A stretch of DNA of 64,000 bases, taken from NCBI GenBank assembly GCA_033723415.1, contig JAWVXD010000004.1, positions 64,001 through 128,000 of the forward strand. Direction: 5' to 3'. Source of the DNA: Sulfurospirillaceae bacterium (lineage in GTDB: Bacteria > Campylobacterota > Campylobacteria > Campylobacterales > Sulfurospirillaceae). The notes under the pieces are model-generated. The model was not told the origin of the DNA and ran no database searches. It worked only from the letters and a program-made list of their open reading frames with translations. The first letter of the stretch is position 1. Every line of letters begins with the position of its first letter. Made by a program: the position numbers and the translations under genes. Shown here piece by piece: positions 1-9,557 of the stretch.

Positions 1-1
1 A

Positions 2-151
2 GAAAATGACAAAAAATTAGCCCGTGAAATCGTACTTAGCTTTTCAAAAACAGATAAAAACAAAAAATATGATATAATTTGCGGCGAAAATTTATACCAA
101 GAGTCTCCTCATGAGGATAAAGAGTCTGTGTATAAGTACTTTGTAAATTGA
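2..151 (+). CDS. 3' end of an upstream gene (partial, product unassigned)
   Basis: Open frame ENDKKLAREIVLSFSKTDKNKKYDIICGENLYQESPHEDKESVYKYFVN* runs from the window edge to TGA at 149-151. Confidence 0.5.
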   Translation, partial: ENDKKLAREIVLSFSKTDKNKKYDIICGENLYQESPHEDKESVYKYFVN

Positions 152-152
152 T

Positions 153-228
153 GGGGTATTAGCTCAGCTGGGAGAGCACGACGCTGGCAGCGTCGGGGTC
201 AGCGGTTCGAACCCGCTATACTCCACCA
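153..228 (+). tRNA. tRNA-Ala (GGC)
   Basis: GGGGTAT acceptor 5' strand, D-arm GCTCAGCTGGGAGAGC, anticodon arm CGACG-CTGGCAG-CGTCG, T-loop GGTTCGAACC, encoded CCA; 76 nt. Confidence 0.97.
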
Positions 229-344
229 TACTTAATTTTACGGTTTCTAACAAAAACTTCTTATTTTTGATAAAGCGATCTTCAAACTCTTTTTGTTTTT
301 ACAATAAAGATTAGAATATAAAAAATTTACGTATAGGAAATATT

Positions 345-911
345 ATGAATGTAAAAGAAAAACTTATTGCAAGAAGTAACTCAAGTTGTGAGTTATGCGG
401 TGAAAAGTCTGATCTAAGCGTATATGAGGTACCACCAAGTGATGGCAGTGCAGAACAATCTATATTGGTATGTTCTACGTGCAAAGGACAGATCGAAAAT
501 CCTGAGTCAATAGATGCAAATCATTGGCGTTGCCTAAATGAAAGTATGTGGAGCACCGTTCCCGTAGTTCAAGTCATGGCGTATCGAATGTTAAAGCGTA
601 TAGCACATGAGGGCTGGCCGCAAGATTTGCTTGATATGCTTTATTTAGATGAAGAAATCCAAAAATGGGCTTTAGTTGACGAAAAAAGTGAAGATAAAAA
701 CATCATCCATAAAGATTCAAACGGTGTTACTTTGCAAAATGGAGACACCGTGACAATTATAAAAGATTTAGATGTCAAAGGAGCAGGTTTCACTGCCAAA
801 AGAGGAACGGCTGTTAGAAATATTTCATTGACATCCAATCCGGAGCAGATAGAAGGAAGAGTCAACGGAGTAAAAATTATTTTGCTTACCTGCTTTCTGA
901 AAAAATCTTAA
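345..911 (+). CDS. phnA: PhnA/YjdM-family zinc-ribbon protein
   Basis: N-terminal CELC...CSTC zinc ligands; C-terminal KDSNGxxLQNGDTVTIIKDLDVKG PhnA motif. Confidence 0.85.
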   Translation: MNVKEKLIARSNSSCELCGEKSDLSVYEVPPSDGSAEQSILVCSTCKGQIENPESIDANHWRCLNESMWSTVPVVQVMAYRMLKRIAHEGWPQDLLDMLYLDEEIQKWALVDEKSEDKNIIHKDSNGVTLQNGDTVTIIKDLDVKGAGFTAKRGTAVRNISLTSNPEQIEGRVNGVKIILLTCFLKKS

Positions 912-929
912 TGCTTAAAAAGCATTAAG
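907..929 (+). terminator. Stem-loop at the end of phnA, probable terminator
   Basis: CTTAATGCTT-AAA-AAGCATTAAG, perfect 10-bp inverted repeat overlapping the stop codon. Confidence 0.5.
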
Positions 930-1400
930 GTTAAATCTTTCAATAAATATAAAATATTTCTTATTTTAATAACAAACAATATAAGTTTATATTTCTTTTA
1001 GTTAGGATATTTTTTTATTTTTTTGTTTACATTTTGACTCTATACAAATGGCTTTTATCAATCTTTTTATAAAGATTCAAAAGAAGTGTATAGTATATTG
1101 TTATATAAAATATTATTATAAAATATCATGCTATAAATGCCCATGTTTTACAATGCTACATATTGTAACAAAATCGAAAATTTAATAAATTTCGTCTATT
1201 TTGAAAAATAAAACAAAATAAGTCCTATTTTTCAATTTTGGCTTTGATTATTTTCATATAAACTGTAAAGCAATATAAAATATTTCAAAAAAAAATATTT
1301 CACACTATAATGTTTACTTAAGTTAAATAATGACAAAATTGTAATGTTTTAAATACTGTTTAAATTCTTAATAGTATTTAGTATTTGAAAGGAGTTATAA

Positions 1401-2774
1401 TTGAAGGAAAATAAAATAGACGAAAAATCTTCTTACTCTGCCTCTGAAAAACAATTAGTTCAAGAAGTTGGTAGAGATCTTGAAGAAATTCCTAAAAAGA
1501 GCAGAAGAGACTTTTTAAAAAAAGGCTTTTTCTTTTCTGTAACGGCAGCTGCTGCTTTAGGTGGAGTTGGTGCTTCCAAGTTGTATGCTGAGGATCATGT
1601 AAATCCAAAAAATTTGCCACCTAATAATCCTGAATGGGGATTAAAATGGGGAAGAGATATAAATGCAAATCCTTATGGCGTTCCATCAAAATTTGAAAAA
1701 AATGTCGTAAGAAGGATGGTTCCATGGCTGACTGCTGATAAAAAAGCGTCTGTTAGCTTTACTCCTTGGCAAGATCTAAAAGGTATCATAGTACCAAACG
1801 GTCTCCATTTCACTAGATGTCATGGCGGCGTTATAGATATTAATCCATTAGAATGGAGACTTCTCATCCACGGTCTTGTAGATAAAGAAGTTGTTCTTAC
1901 TCTAGAAGATTTGAAAAGATACCCTAGTATAAGCGTAATTCACTCGTTTGAATGTGCTGCAAACAACGGTATGGAATGGAGAGGACCTGGAATCAATTCT
2001 CTTCAAGCAACTCACGGAATGTTAAGTTGTTCAGAATGGACAGGTGTACCGTTAAAGGTTATTCTAGAAGATATAGGTTTGAAGCCAAATGCCAAATGGA
2101 TGTTCCCTGAAGGTTCAGATCCGGCAGGTGTCGGTAGAAGTATACCTATCGAGAAAGTTCTGGATGATGCGATGTTAGTTTATGCAATGAACGGTGAAGC
2201 ATTAAGACCGGAACAAGGTTATCCTGTGAGATTATTCCTCCCTGGTTGGGAAGGCGTTATGCAGGTAAAATGGCTAAAAAGATTGAAATTTGACGATAAG
2301 TCATGGATGGTAAGAGAAGAAAGTACAAAATATACCATGTTGGAAACAGACGGACACGCTTTGATGTACAACTGGTCTATGGAAGCCAACTCTGTTATTA
2401 CTTTCCCATGTCCTGAGAGAACTCTCAAAGATGTCAAAAAAGGCACTTTGATGATTGAAGGAATCGCTTGGTCAGGTAAAGGAACAATCACTCATGTTGA
2501 TATTTCAACTGATGGTGGTATTAACTGGAAACCGGCTAAATTCACAAGTATAGTATTACCAAAAGCTGTCACAAGATTTGCTGCGGAGATCAAATGGGAC
2601 GGAAAACCAATGATGCTACAAAGTAGAGCAACCGATGATACCGGTTATACTCAACCGACAGCTACTCAACTAGTTGCAGCCAGAGGTAGAGAGGCTGTTT
2701 ACCATAGAAATGCTATCCAAACCTGGGAAGTAAAAAGTAACGGGGAGGTAAACGATGTACAAATCTATTCTTAA
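1401..2774 (+). CDS. soxC: Sulfane dehydrogenase molybdoprotein subunit SoxC
   Basis: Tat motif SRRDFLK; sulfite-oxidase-family motifs ECAANN and NGEALRPEQGYPVRL; TTG start with AGGAG SD; sox context. Confidence 0.95.
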   Translation: MKENKIDEKSSYSASEKQLVQEVGRDLEEIPKKSRRDFLKKGFFFSVTAAAALGGVGASKLYAEDHVNPKNLPPNNPEWGLKWGRDINANPYGVPSKFEKNVVRRMVPWLTADKKASVSFTPWQDLKGIIVPNGLHFTRCHGGVIDINPLEWRLLIHGLVDKEVVLTLEDLKRYPSISVIHSFECAANNGMEWRGPGINSLQATHGMLSCSEWTGVPLKVILEDIGLKPNAKWMFPEGSDPAGVGRSIPIEKVLDDAMLVYAMNGEALRPEQGYPVRLFLPGWEGVMQVKWLKRLKFDDKSWMVREESTKYTMLETDGHALMYNWSMEANSVITFPCPERTLKDVKKGTLMIEGIAWSGKGTITHVDISTDGGINWKPAKFTSIVLPKAVTRFAAEIKWDGKPMMLQSRATDDTGYTQPTATQLVAARGREAVYHRNAIQTWEVKSNGEVNDVQIYS

Positions 2775-3873
2775 TTTTCTATTCTTACTAAGTTCGGTAG
2801 CATTTGTCTCATCAATCAATGCACAAACATTGAGTTATACTCCTGCTAATCCGGATAAATATCCGTTTCCTGATGTGACCACTAACAAAAAAGGTCAAAA
2901 AATTGGAATTGACGGCGCTATCATCTTAAAACCAGTAGTCAAAGTCAACTCAGTTTATAAATCTCAATTTAGCGGCAAAAACTTTGCTTTAGGTACAAAA
3001 GCTACAAAAGAACAAGTAAAAGCTTGGAACACTGATGTAAGACCTGATGGTAAAGGTTTACCGGATGGATCTATGACAGTCGCTAAAGGTGCTGCAGTAT
3101 TTCAAGCAAAATGTGCATCATGTCATGGAGATTTCGGTGAAGGCGTTGACAGATTCCCAGTCCTAGCAGGAGGGATCGGAACTTTAAAACTTCATCCAAA
3201 AACCGGCGGTGATCCGGGTCCTCTAAAGACTATAGGAAGTTACCTACCATACATAGCTCCGCTTTATTGGTATGTACAAACAGCTATGCCTCTATCGGCT
3301 CCTAAATCTTTAAGCAATAGCGAAGTTTATGGGATACTTGGGTATATATTACAGTTAAATGAAATTCAAGTAAACGGTAAAGACATAGAAGACAGTACAG
3401 TCATAGATAGAAAGTTTATAAAAGCTGTACACTTGCCAAATGAGAAAGGTTTTGAGTATAATAATCTAAGAAAACCGGATACTCACAACACAAGATGTAT
3501 GAAGAACTGCATAAACCCATCTAAGATGACTGTAATGCACATCAAAACAGATGCAACACAAGTTGATCCCGGATTTGGTAACGGAAGATACTATTTCCCG
3601 GATAATACAAAAAAAGCAAAAGAATCAGCAAACGATATAGGAAAAAAAGTGTATGAAAATACATGTGCTGGATGCCACTCTTCGGGGATAGCAGGCGCTC
3701 CTGTATTTGGTGACAAAAAAGCATGGGCTAAAGTTTTAAAACTTGATATGAAGACAATCTTTTCACATGCTATCAACGGCTTCAATGCTATGCCGGCAAA
3801 AGGAGGAGATGCATCGCTTAGTAACAAACAAGTCGAAGATGCAGTCAAGTATATGATAGACAAAAGTAAATAA
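2755..3873 (+). CDS. soxD: Dihaem cytochrome c SoxD
   Basis: Signal peptide; VRPDGKGLPDGS motif; two CxxCH motifs (CASCH, CAGCH); overlaps soxC. Confidence 0.92.
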   Translation: MYKSILNFLFLLSSVAFVSSINAQTLSYTPANPDKYPFPDVTTNKKGQKIGIDGAIILKPVVKVNSVYKSQFSGKNFALGTKATKEQVKAWNTDVRPDGKGLPDGSMTVAKGAAVFQAKCASCHGDFGEGVDRFPVLAGGIGTLKLHPKTGGDPGPLKTIGSYLPYIAPLYWYVQTAMPLSAPKSLSNSEVYGILGYILQLNEIQVNGKDIEDSTVIDRKFIKAVHLPNEKGFEYNNLRKPDTHNTRCMKNCINPSKMTVMHIKTDATQVDPGFGNGRYYFPDNTKKAKESANDIGKKVYENTCAGCHSSGIAGAPVFGDKKAWAKVLKLDMKTIFSHAINGFNAMPAKGGDASLSNKQVEDAVKYMIDKSK

Positions 3874-3891
3874 ACTTAAAAGGGAGATAAA

Positions 3892-4260
3892 ATGGATTTT
3901 GTAAAGAAAATTGCAGCAGTTGCTATTATTTCAACTATGTTTTCAACTGCTATTTTTGCAGCAGATCAAAATGCGATGGTAAAAGAAGGTCGTAAGGTTT
4001 TTGTAACTAAAAAATTGGGAAATTGTTTGGCTTGCCACACAGTACAAGGAGATCCAAGTATACCACAGGCTGGCGATATTGGTCCAAAACTTGCAAATCT
4101 AGATACTTACCCTAAACAGTATCTGTTTGATAAGATTTGGGATCCAAATAAAACAGTTCCAAATTCAGTAATGCCACCTATGGGTAGAAGTCACAAGATC
4201 ACAAAAGAGCAAGTAAACGCTTTGGTTGCGTATTTACAAGCTGTAACTAAAACAAAATAA
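3892..4260 (+). CDS. soxX: Monohaem cytochrome c SoxX
   Basis: Signal peptide; GNCLACH, GDIGP and SVMPP motifs. Confidence 0.93.
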   Translation: MDFVKKIAAVAIISTMFSTAIFAADQNAMVKEGRKVFVTKKLGNCLACHTVQGDPSIPQAGDIGPKLANLDTYPKQYLFDKIWDPNKTVPNSVMPPMGRSHKITKEQVNALVAYLQAVTKTK

Positions 4261-4270
4261 GGAGAAATAT

Positions 4271-4726
4271 ATGGAAAGAAGAAAATTTATAGGGCTTGGA
4301 ATTTCAGCGGTAGCAGTAGCTGCAATACAAACTGTTTCTAAGGCAGATTTATTAAAAGATCATTCAAAAGCATTCACTGATACAACAACAGACAGTGCTC
4401 TAAAAGATTTATACGGTACATCAACAACAACAAAAGATGATAAAGTTGAATTGAAAGTTCCTGATATTGCCGAAAATGGTGCTGCTGTGCCTATTACGGT
4501 TTCAACAACAATTCCTAACCCAAAGACTATGTCAGTAATCATAGACGGAAATCCAAGACCACTTGCTGTTGCTTGGGAAATACCTGAGGGAACATTGCCT
4601 GAATTCTCAACAAGAATTAAAATGAGAAAAACAGGTAAGGTAATCTTGGTAGTTGAAGATACAAACGGAAAATTATATTCTATGACAAAACAAGTCAAAG
4701 TTACTGTCGGTGGTTGTGGTGGTTGA
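4271..4726 (+). CDS. soxY: Sulfur carrier protein SoxY
   Basis: Tat motif ERRKF; PDIAENGAAVP; C-terminal VKVTVGGCGG swinging arm. Confidence 0.97.
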   Translation: MERRKFIGLGISAVAVAAIQTVSKADLLKDHSKAFTDTTTDSALKDLYGTSTTTKDDKVELKVPDIAENGAAVPITVSTTIPNPKTMSVIIDGNPRPLAVAWEIPEGTLPEFSTRIKMRKTGKVILVVEDTNGKLYSMTKQVKVTVGGCGG

Positions 4727-4777
4727 TACCAACACTAATCAAGCAAAACATTAATTAAAAAATAAAAGGAAAATAAT

Positions 4778-5074
4778 ATGGGAATAAAAGCGATAGCAAA
4801 AGCAAGAAATGATGTAGCAACAGTTAAATTGCTAGTAAAACATCCAATGACACCGGGTTCGATAGCCGGAGGCAAAAAGCCGCCAAAATATATAACTCAT
4901 CTAACAGCAAAAGCTGGTTCTAGATTAGTTTATGATATGTATCCAACATCTGCAATTTCAAAAAATCCTTATATAAAATTTGCTTACAAAGGAGCAAAAA
5001 AGGGCGATGTAGTTACTGTTGAGTGGGTAGATAATACAGGAGCAACAGAGAAGGCAGATATCAAATTAAAGTAA
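4778..5074 (+). CDS. soxZ: Sulfur carrier partner SoxZ
   Basis: HPMxxG, ISKNPY and WVDNTG motifs; no signal peptide; follows soxY. Confidence 0.95.
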   Translation: MGIKAIAKARNDVATVKLLVKHPMTPGSIAGGKKPPKYITHLTAKAGSRLVYDMYPTSAISKNPYIKFAYKGAKKGDVVTVEWVDNTGATEKADIKLK

Positions 5075-5107
5075 AAAATTTATTTTACTAATAACAAGGA
5101 GAACAGT

Positions 5108-6016
5108 ATGTTAAATAAACTAATAAAAATTGCTGCCATTTTCATGATCAGCAGTACCATTGTGTTTGCAGCAAGTTTTAATGCTCAAGCAGAAAAGGAT
5201 AGAATTGCATTTGTAAACTACTTTTTAAAGAAATTTGAAAATCCTGTTGCAAATCAAGCAAAATATTTTCCTAATGTATCAAAAAAAGAACTTGAAACGG
5301 ATTATATATATCCACTGAAGTTTCAAGATTTTCAAGATGGGCCTATGAGTTGGTACAAACCTGCTAGAGAGCAATTTGCTGAAATAAACGCATTTCCTCC
5401 TTATGAGATTCCTCTTGATGATGGAGAAGCTTTGTTCAAAAAGCCTTTTGCAAACGGAAAAACTTACTCAAGTTGTTTCCCTGATCCGGCAATAAAACAA
5501 AACTACCCATACTATGATACAAAAAGAGATGAAATAGTTACAATCGGTATGGCTGTAAATGAGTGTAGAGTAAAAAATGGTGAAAAACCATTGAAATACG
5601 GTAAAGGTGACCTAGCAAAAGTTGTTGCTTATATCGCATATAAATCTAGAGGCAAGAAGATCAATATTAAGATCCCTAATGAAAAAGCTGCTCAAGCATA
5701 TGAAGCAGGTAAAAAACTTTTTTATAAACAAAGAGGATACCTATCTATCAGCTGTAACGAATGTCACGTTCTAAGCTCAGGAAAAAGAATCAGAGCTGAA
5801 GCTTTAAGCCCGGCACTTGGTTCAACTACAGAAATGCCTGTGTATAGACTAAAATGGGGTGGACTTGGAACACTTCAAAGAAGATTGGCAGGATGTGTGA
5901 AAGATACAGGAAGTGAACAACCAAAACTACAAAGCAAGCCTTTAAAAGAGTTAGAGTACTTCTTGACATATATGTCAAACGGTATGAAGCTTTATGGCCC
6001 AGATACAAGAAAGTAA
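5108..6016 (+). CDS. soxA: SoxA cytochrome c (monohaem type)
   Basis: Single CxxCH (SCNECH); PVYRLKWGGLGTLQRRLAGC active-site region; LEYFLTYMSNG C-terminus. Confidence 0.95.
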   Translation: MLNKLIKIAAIFMISSTIVFAASFNAQAEKDRIAFVNYFLKKFENPVANQAKYFPNVSKKELETDYIYPLKFQDFQDGPMSWYKPAREQFAEINAFPPYEIPLDDGEALFKKPFANGKTYSSCFPDPAIKQNYPYYDTKRDEIVTIGMAVNECRVKNGEKPLKYGKGDLAKVVAYIAYKSRGKKINIKIPNEKAAQAYEAGKKLFYKQRGYLSISCNECHVLSSGKRIRAEALSPALGSTTEMPVYRLKWGGLGTLQRRLAGCVKDTGSEQPKLQSKPLKELEYFLTYMSNGMKLYGPDTRK

Positions 6017-6026
6017 AGGATAAAAC

Positions 6027-6335
6027 ATGAAAAAATTACTTTTAACAAGTACTATTGCAATTGCGTTTTTAACTGGTTGTGCTATGACAAATCCAAGTGC
6101 TTCAAATGATTTAGATTCAGTGATCGCTAGTGCTCAAATGAAATATGATAAAGCACATAAAGAGATGGTCGCTTGGGGTAAAACTAAATCTATCCTAGAA
6201 GAAGCAAAAAAATTGGCGAAAACATCTCCTGAAAAAGCGATGAAATTAGCAAAAGAAGCAGAATATCAAGCAAACACTGCATTGGAACAATCTGCTGAGT
6301 ATGAGAAAACTTGGAAGCAAGAAGTACCACAATAA
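6027..6335 (+). CDS. soxK: SoxXA-binding protein SoxK (lipoprotein)
   Basis: Lipobox LTGC; short helical protein with a WxxTxxxL motif; lies between soxA and soxB. Confidence 0.7.
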   Translation: MKKLLLTSTIAIAFLTGCAMTNPSASNDLDSVIASAQMKYDKAHKEMVAWGKTKSILEEAKKLAKTSPEKAMKLAKEAEYQANTALEQSAEYEKTWKQEVPQ

Positions 6336-6347
6336 CAAAGGACAAAA

Positions 6348-8126
6348 ATGAGTTCATTAAATAGAAGAGAATTTTTATACATGATGTCAATCTTGGGATC
6401 ATCCCAACTATTTGCAAAGTCACATGAAAAGCTTAGTGATTTTAATAGTCTGGAAGATTACTACAAACTTAAAAATTTTGGTAATGCCAGATTTATGCAT
6501 ATGACTGACTCTCATGCTCAACTATTGCCAGTACACTTCAGAGAACCTAGTGTAAACCTTGGATTTGACTCAAACTTTGGGAAACCTCCTCACATAGTGG
6601 GGAGTCACTTTTTAAAGCATTACGGCATCAAAGCAAATTCAAGAGCAGCCTTTGCCATGACTTGTGTAAACTATGTAGAAAATGCTCATAGATTTCACAG
6701 AATAGGCGGTTTTGCTCACATAAAAACCTTGACTGACCACCTAAGAGGCAGTTTCGGCAAAGATAAAACACTATTTTTAGACGGTGGCGATACTTGGCAA
6801 GGAAGCGCAACTTCTCTTTACACTAGAGGTAAAGATATGGTTGGAGCTATAAATCTGCTAGGTGTTGATGTTTGTACAGGTCACTGGGAATTTACTTACA
6901 AAGAAAAAGAAATTTTAGAAAACATCAAATCCCTAACTTCTGACTTCGTAGCACAAAACGTATTTGTCAAAGAAGAATCTTTGATGAACGGTGTTGCCGC
7001 TTATGACGAAGATAGCGGAAGAGCATTTAGACCATATGTCATGAAGAAGATGGGAGATCACAGAGTAGCTGTCATAGGACAGGCATTCCCATATACTACC
7101 ATAGCAAATCCTCAAAGATTCATACCTGATTGGTCATTTGGTATTAAACCTGATGAGATGCAACAATTGGTTTATGACATTAGAACAAAAGAAAAACCTG
7201 ACGCTGTTATCGTACTTTCACACAATGGATTTGATGTTGACAAAAAGATGGCAGAAGTTGTTAGCGGTATAGACTTCATCATGGGTGGTCATACACATGA
7301 CGCAGTTCCTGAAGCTGTTCCTGTCAAAAACAAAGCAGGCGTTACACATGTCATCAACTCAGGTTCAAACGGTAAATTCATCGGTGTCTTAGATATAGAT
7401 ATCAAAGGCAAAAAAGTCAGTGACTTTAGATTTACCCTTTTACCTGTCTTTTCAGATCTTTTACCGGAAGATCCAAAAATGAAAAAGTACATAGATGATG
7501 TAAGAGCTCCTTATTTGGCAAAGCTTACTAAGCCTCTTGCTACAACCGATGAGCTTCTTTACAGAAGAGGAAACTTTAACGGAACATTTGATCAAATCAT
7601 ATGTGATGCTCTTAGAGAAGTCAAAGGTGCAGATATCTCTATGTCTCCTGGCTTTAGATGGGGAACTTCCGTGTTACCGGGCGAAGCTATCACATTTGAT
7701 GATTTGATGAATCATACTTCTATGACTTATCCTGAGACTTATACCAGAGAAGTCAAAGGTAAAGACTTGCATGCTATATTGGAAGATGTTGCAGATAACC
7801 TCTTTAACAAAGATCCATTTTTACAGCAAGGTGGAGATATGGTACGTACAGGCGGTCTTTCATATACGATAGATCCGATAAAAACCATCGGTCACAGAAT
7901 CACAAATCTTCAACTAAGTTCAGGTCACAAGATTGAAGCGAACAAGAGCTACAAACTTGCCGGCTGGTCAACAGTTGGAAGTGCATCTACGGGTGAGCCT
8001 GTTTGGGACACAGTCACAAAATATCTAGAAGATCACAAGCATATCAAAAACTTGAAGTTAGAGACTCCTGATATAATAGGCGTCAAAAACAATCCGGGTA
8101 TTGATCTCGCTCTTTACAATAAATAA
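6348..8126 (+). CDS. soxB: Thiosulfohydrolase SoxB
   Basis: Tat motif NRREFL; HMTDSHAQL, DGGDTWQGS, GHWEF, GGHTHD and SPGFRWG motifs. Confidence 0.97.
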   Translation: MSSLNRREFLYMMSILGSSQLFAKSHEKLSDFNSLEDYYKLKNFGNARFMHMTDSHAQLLPVHFREPSVNLGFDSNFGKPPHIVGSHFLKHYGIKANSRAAFAMTCVNYVENAHRFHRIGGFAHIKTLTDHLRGSFGKDKTLFLDGGDTWQGSATSLYTRGKDMVGAINLLGVDVCTGHWEFTYKEKEILENIKSLTSDFVAQNVFVKEESLMNGVAAYDEDSGRAFRPYVMKKMGDHRVAVIGQAFPYTTIANPQRFIPDWSFGIKPDEMQQLVYDIRTKEKPDAVIVLSHNGFDVDKKMAEVVSGIDFIMGGHTHDAVPEAVPVKNKAGVTHVINSGSNGKFIGVLDIDIKGKKVSDFRFTLLPVFSDLLPEDPKMKKYIDDVRAPYLAKLTKPLATTDELLYRRGNFNGTFDQIICDALREVKGADISMSPGFRWGTSVLPGEAITFDDLMNHTSMTYPETYTREVKGKDLHAILEDVADNLFNKDPFLQQGGDMVRTGGLSYTIDPIKTIGHRITNLQLSSGHKIEANKSYKLAGWSTVGSASTGEPVWDTVTKYLEDHKHIKNLKLETPDIIGVKNNPGIDLALYNK

Positions 8127-8130
8127 AAAA

Positions 8131-8159
8131 TCTTAGCAAGAGTACATCTCTTGCTAAGA
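8131..8159 (+). terminator. Stem-loop after soxB (terminator or mRNA-stabilising hairpin)
   Basis: TCTTAGCAAGAG-TACAT-CTCTTGCTAAGA, perfect 12-bp inverted repeat; weak U-tract. Confidence 0.6.
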
Positions 8160-8181
8160 CTACTTTCACTATAGGAAAATT

Positions 8182-9093
8182 ATGAAAAAAAGTATATTAG
8201 TCTTGGTTTTACCAATTTTTTTATTTGCAAATTTTTTTGATTTCAAACCATTGAAGATCACAAAAGACATAAGCTGTTTTATAGGTGATTTTAATCCACC
8301 TCTAAAATCAAATAAAGGTTTTGTATCAAATGTATGTTATGTAGATATGGGGAAATTTCTTGTTCTTCTCGATGCGGGTGCCACTTACAATTTTGCCAAA
8401 GAACTCGATGCATTTATAGAAAAATCTACAAATAAAAAAATCAAATACGTAGTCATCACAAACTATCATGACGACAGACTGCTTGGTGCTTCTTACTTCA
8501 AAGCAAAAGGCGTGAAGATCATAGCTGCCAGTAACGTACCCGAACTCATAAAAAAACACAAAGATTCATATGATAGAATCTTGAAGCACCAGCCTAAAGA
8601 TTTACTAAAAGGCACAAAAATCGTAAATCCTGATATTTTAGTCGATACAAAATACGAGATCAAGGGAGACAAGAAGTCTTTGTTCGTACTCAAACCATCC
8701 AAAGCAACACAATCACCTGCAGATATCTTGGTTTACAGCCCAAATGACAGTTTTATTTTTGCCGGCAACACTATATTTAACGGACGATTTATCAACTACG
8801 CTAGCAACAGCTCGATGGACGGATGGATCAAAGCTCTAAATTTCATCAAAAATAAAAAAGCAAAGTACGTCATGGGTGGACACGGCAGAGAATATGACAA
8901 AAACTCATATAAGCTAACTCTTGATTACTTGCTGATGCTAAAAAAACAAGTTAAAATTGCCTATGATAAGGACATCGATCCTGCAGATCTAGACAAAAAT
9001 ATACATACGGATATATATAAAAATATTCCACATTATGACGAATTACACATCAGAAATGCTAGAAATTATTTTGATCAATTAGAATGGCAATAA
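8182..9093 (+). CDS. soxH: Periplasmic metallo-beta-lactamase-fold protein, SoxH-like
   Basis: Signal peptide; degenerate MBL motif TNYHDDR; GGHG; sox context. Confidence 0.75.
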   Translation: MKKSILVLVLPIFLFANFFDFKPLKITKDISCFIGDFNPPLKSNKGFVSNVCYVDMGKFLVLLDAGATYNFAKELDAFIEKSTNKKIKYVVITNYHDDRLLGASYFKAKGVKIIAASNVPELIKKHKDSYDRILKHQPKDLLKGTKIVNPDILVDTKYEIKGDKKSLFVLKPSKATQSPADILVYSPNDSFIFAGNTIFNGRFINYASNSSMDGWIKALNFIKNKKAKYVMGGHGREYDKNSYKLTLDYLLMLKKQVKIAYDKDIDPADLDKNIHTDIYKNIPHYDELHIRNARNYFDQLEWQ

Positions 9094-9103
9094 GGAAAAG
9101 ATC

Positions 9104-9544
9104 ATGAAAAAATTATTACTTATCTTACTTATAGGAACTTTTGCTTTTGCAAAGGTAGATTATGCCGAAAAAGCACCCACTTTCGACAATCCTAGAAACT
9201 GGTTGATCCGGGTAAACAACAGTAATACAGAAAAAGTGAACCATATCTTAAATGCCGTAAACAATGTGCTAAAAGGTTACCCTGAGGAAGCATTGCACAT
9301 AGAAATAGTATTTTACGCAAACGGCATAAGAGCAGTAAGAAAAGACTACAATAAAGAGATCTTAAAAAGAATCAAATCTTTAATGCTGTATGATACTATA
9401 AGATTCGTAGTATGCAAAAATACTATGGATACTATGAATTGGCACAAAAAAGACTTTATTAGCGGTGTTGATTATGTCCAGATCGGTATAGCAGAAGCGA
9501 TTGAGCGAGTTGCCGATGGCTGGATAGATGTTTCTCCATACTAA
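9104..9544 (+). CDS. Periplasmic DsrE/DsrF-like protein
   Basis: Signal peptide; IEIVFYANGI and VVCKNTM motifs typical of Sox-associated DsrE proteins. Confidence 0.8.
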   Translation: MKKLLLILLIGTFAFAKVDYAEKAPTFDNPRNWLIRVNNSNTEKVNHILNAVNNVLKGYPEEALHIEIVFYANGIRAVRKDYNKEILKRIKSLMLYDTIRFVVCKNTMDTMNWHKKDFISGVDYVQIGIAEAIERVADGWIDVSPY

Positions 9545-9557
9545 GACTGGATAGAGT

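Noticed and set aside
4724..4726. soxY TGA as a selenocysteine codon
   Set aside because: GGCGG is the canonical SoxY C-terminus and no SECIS-like hairpin follows.
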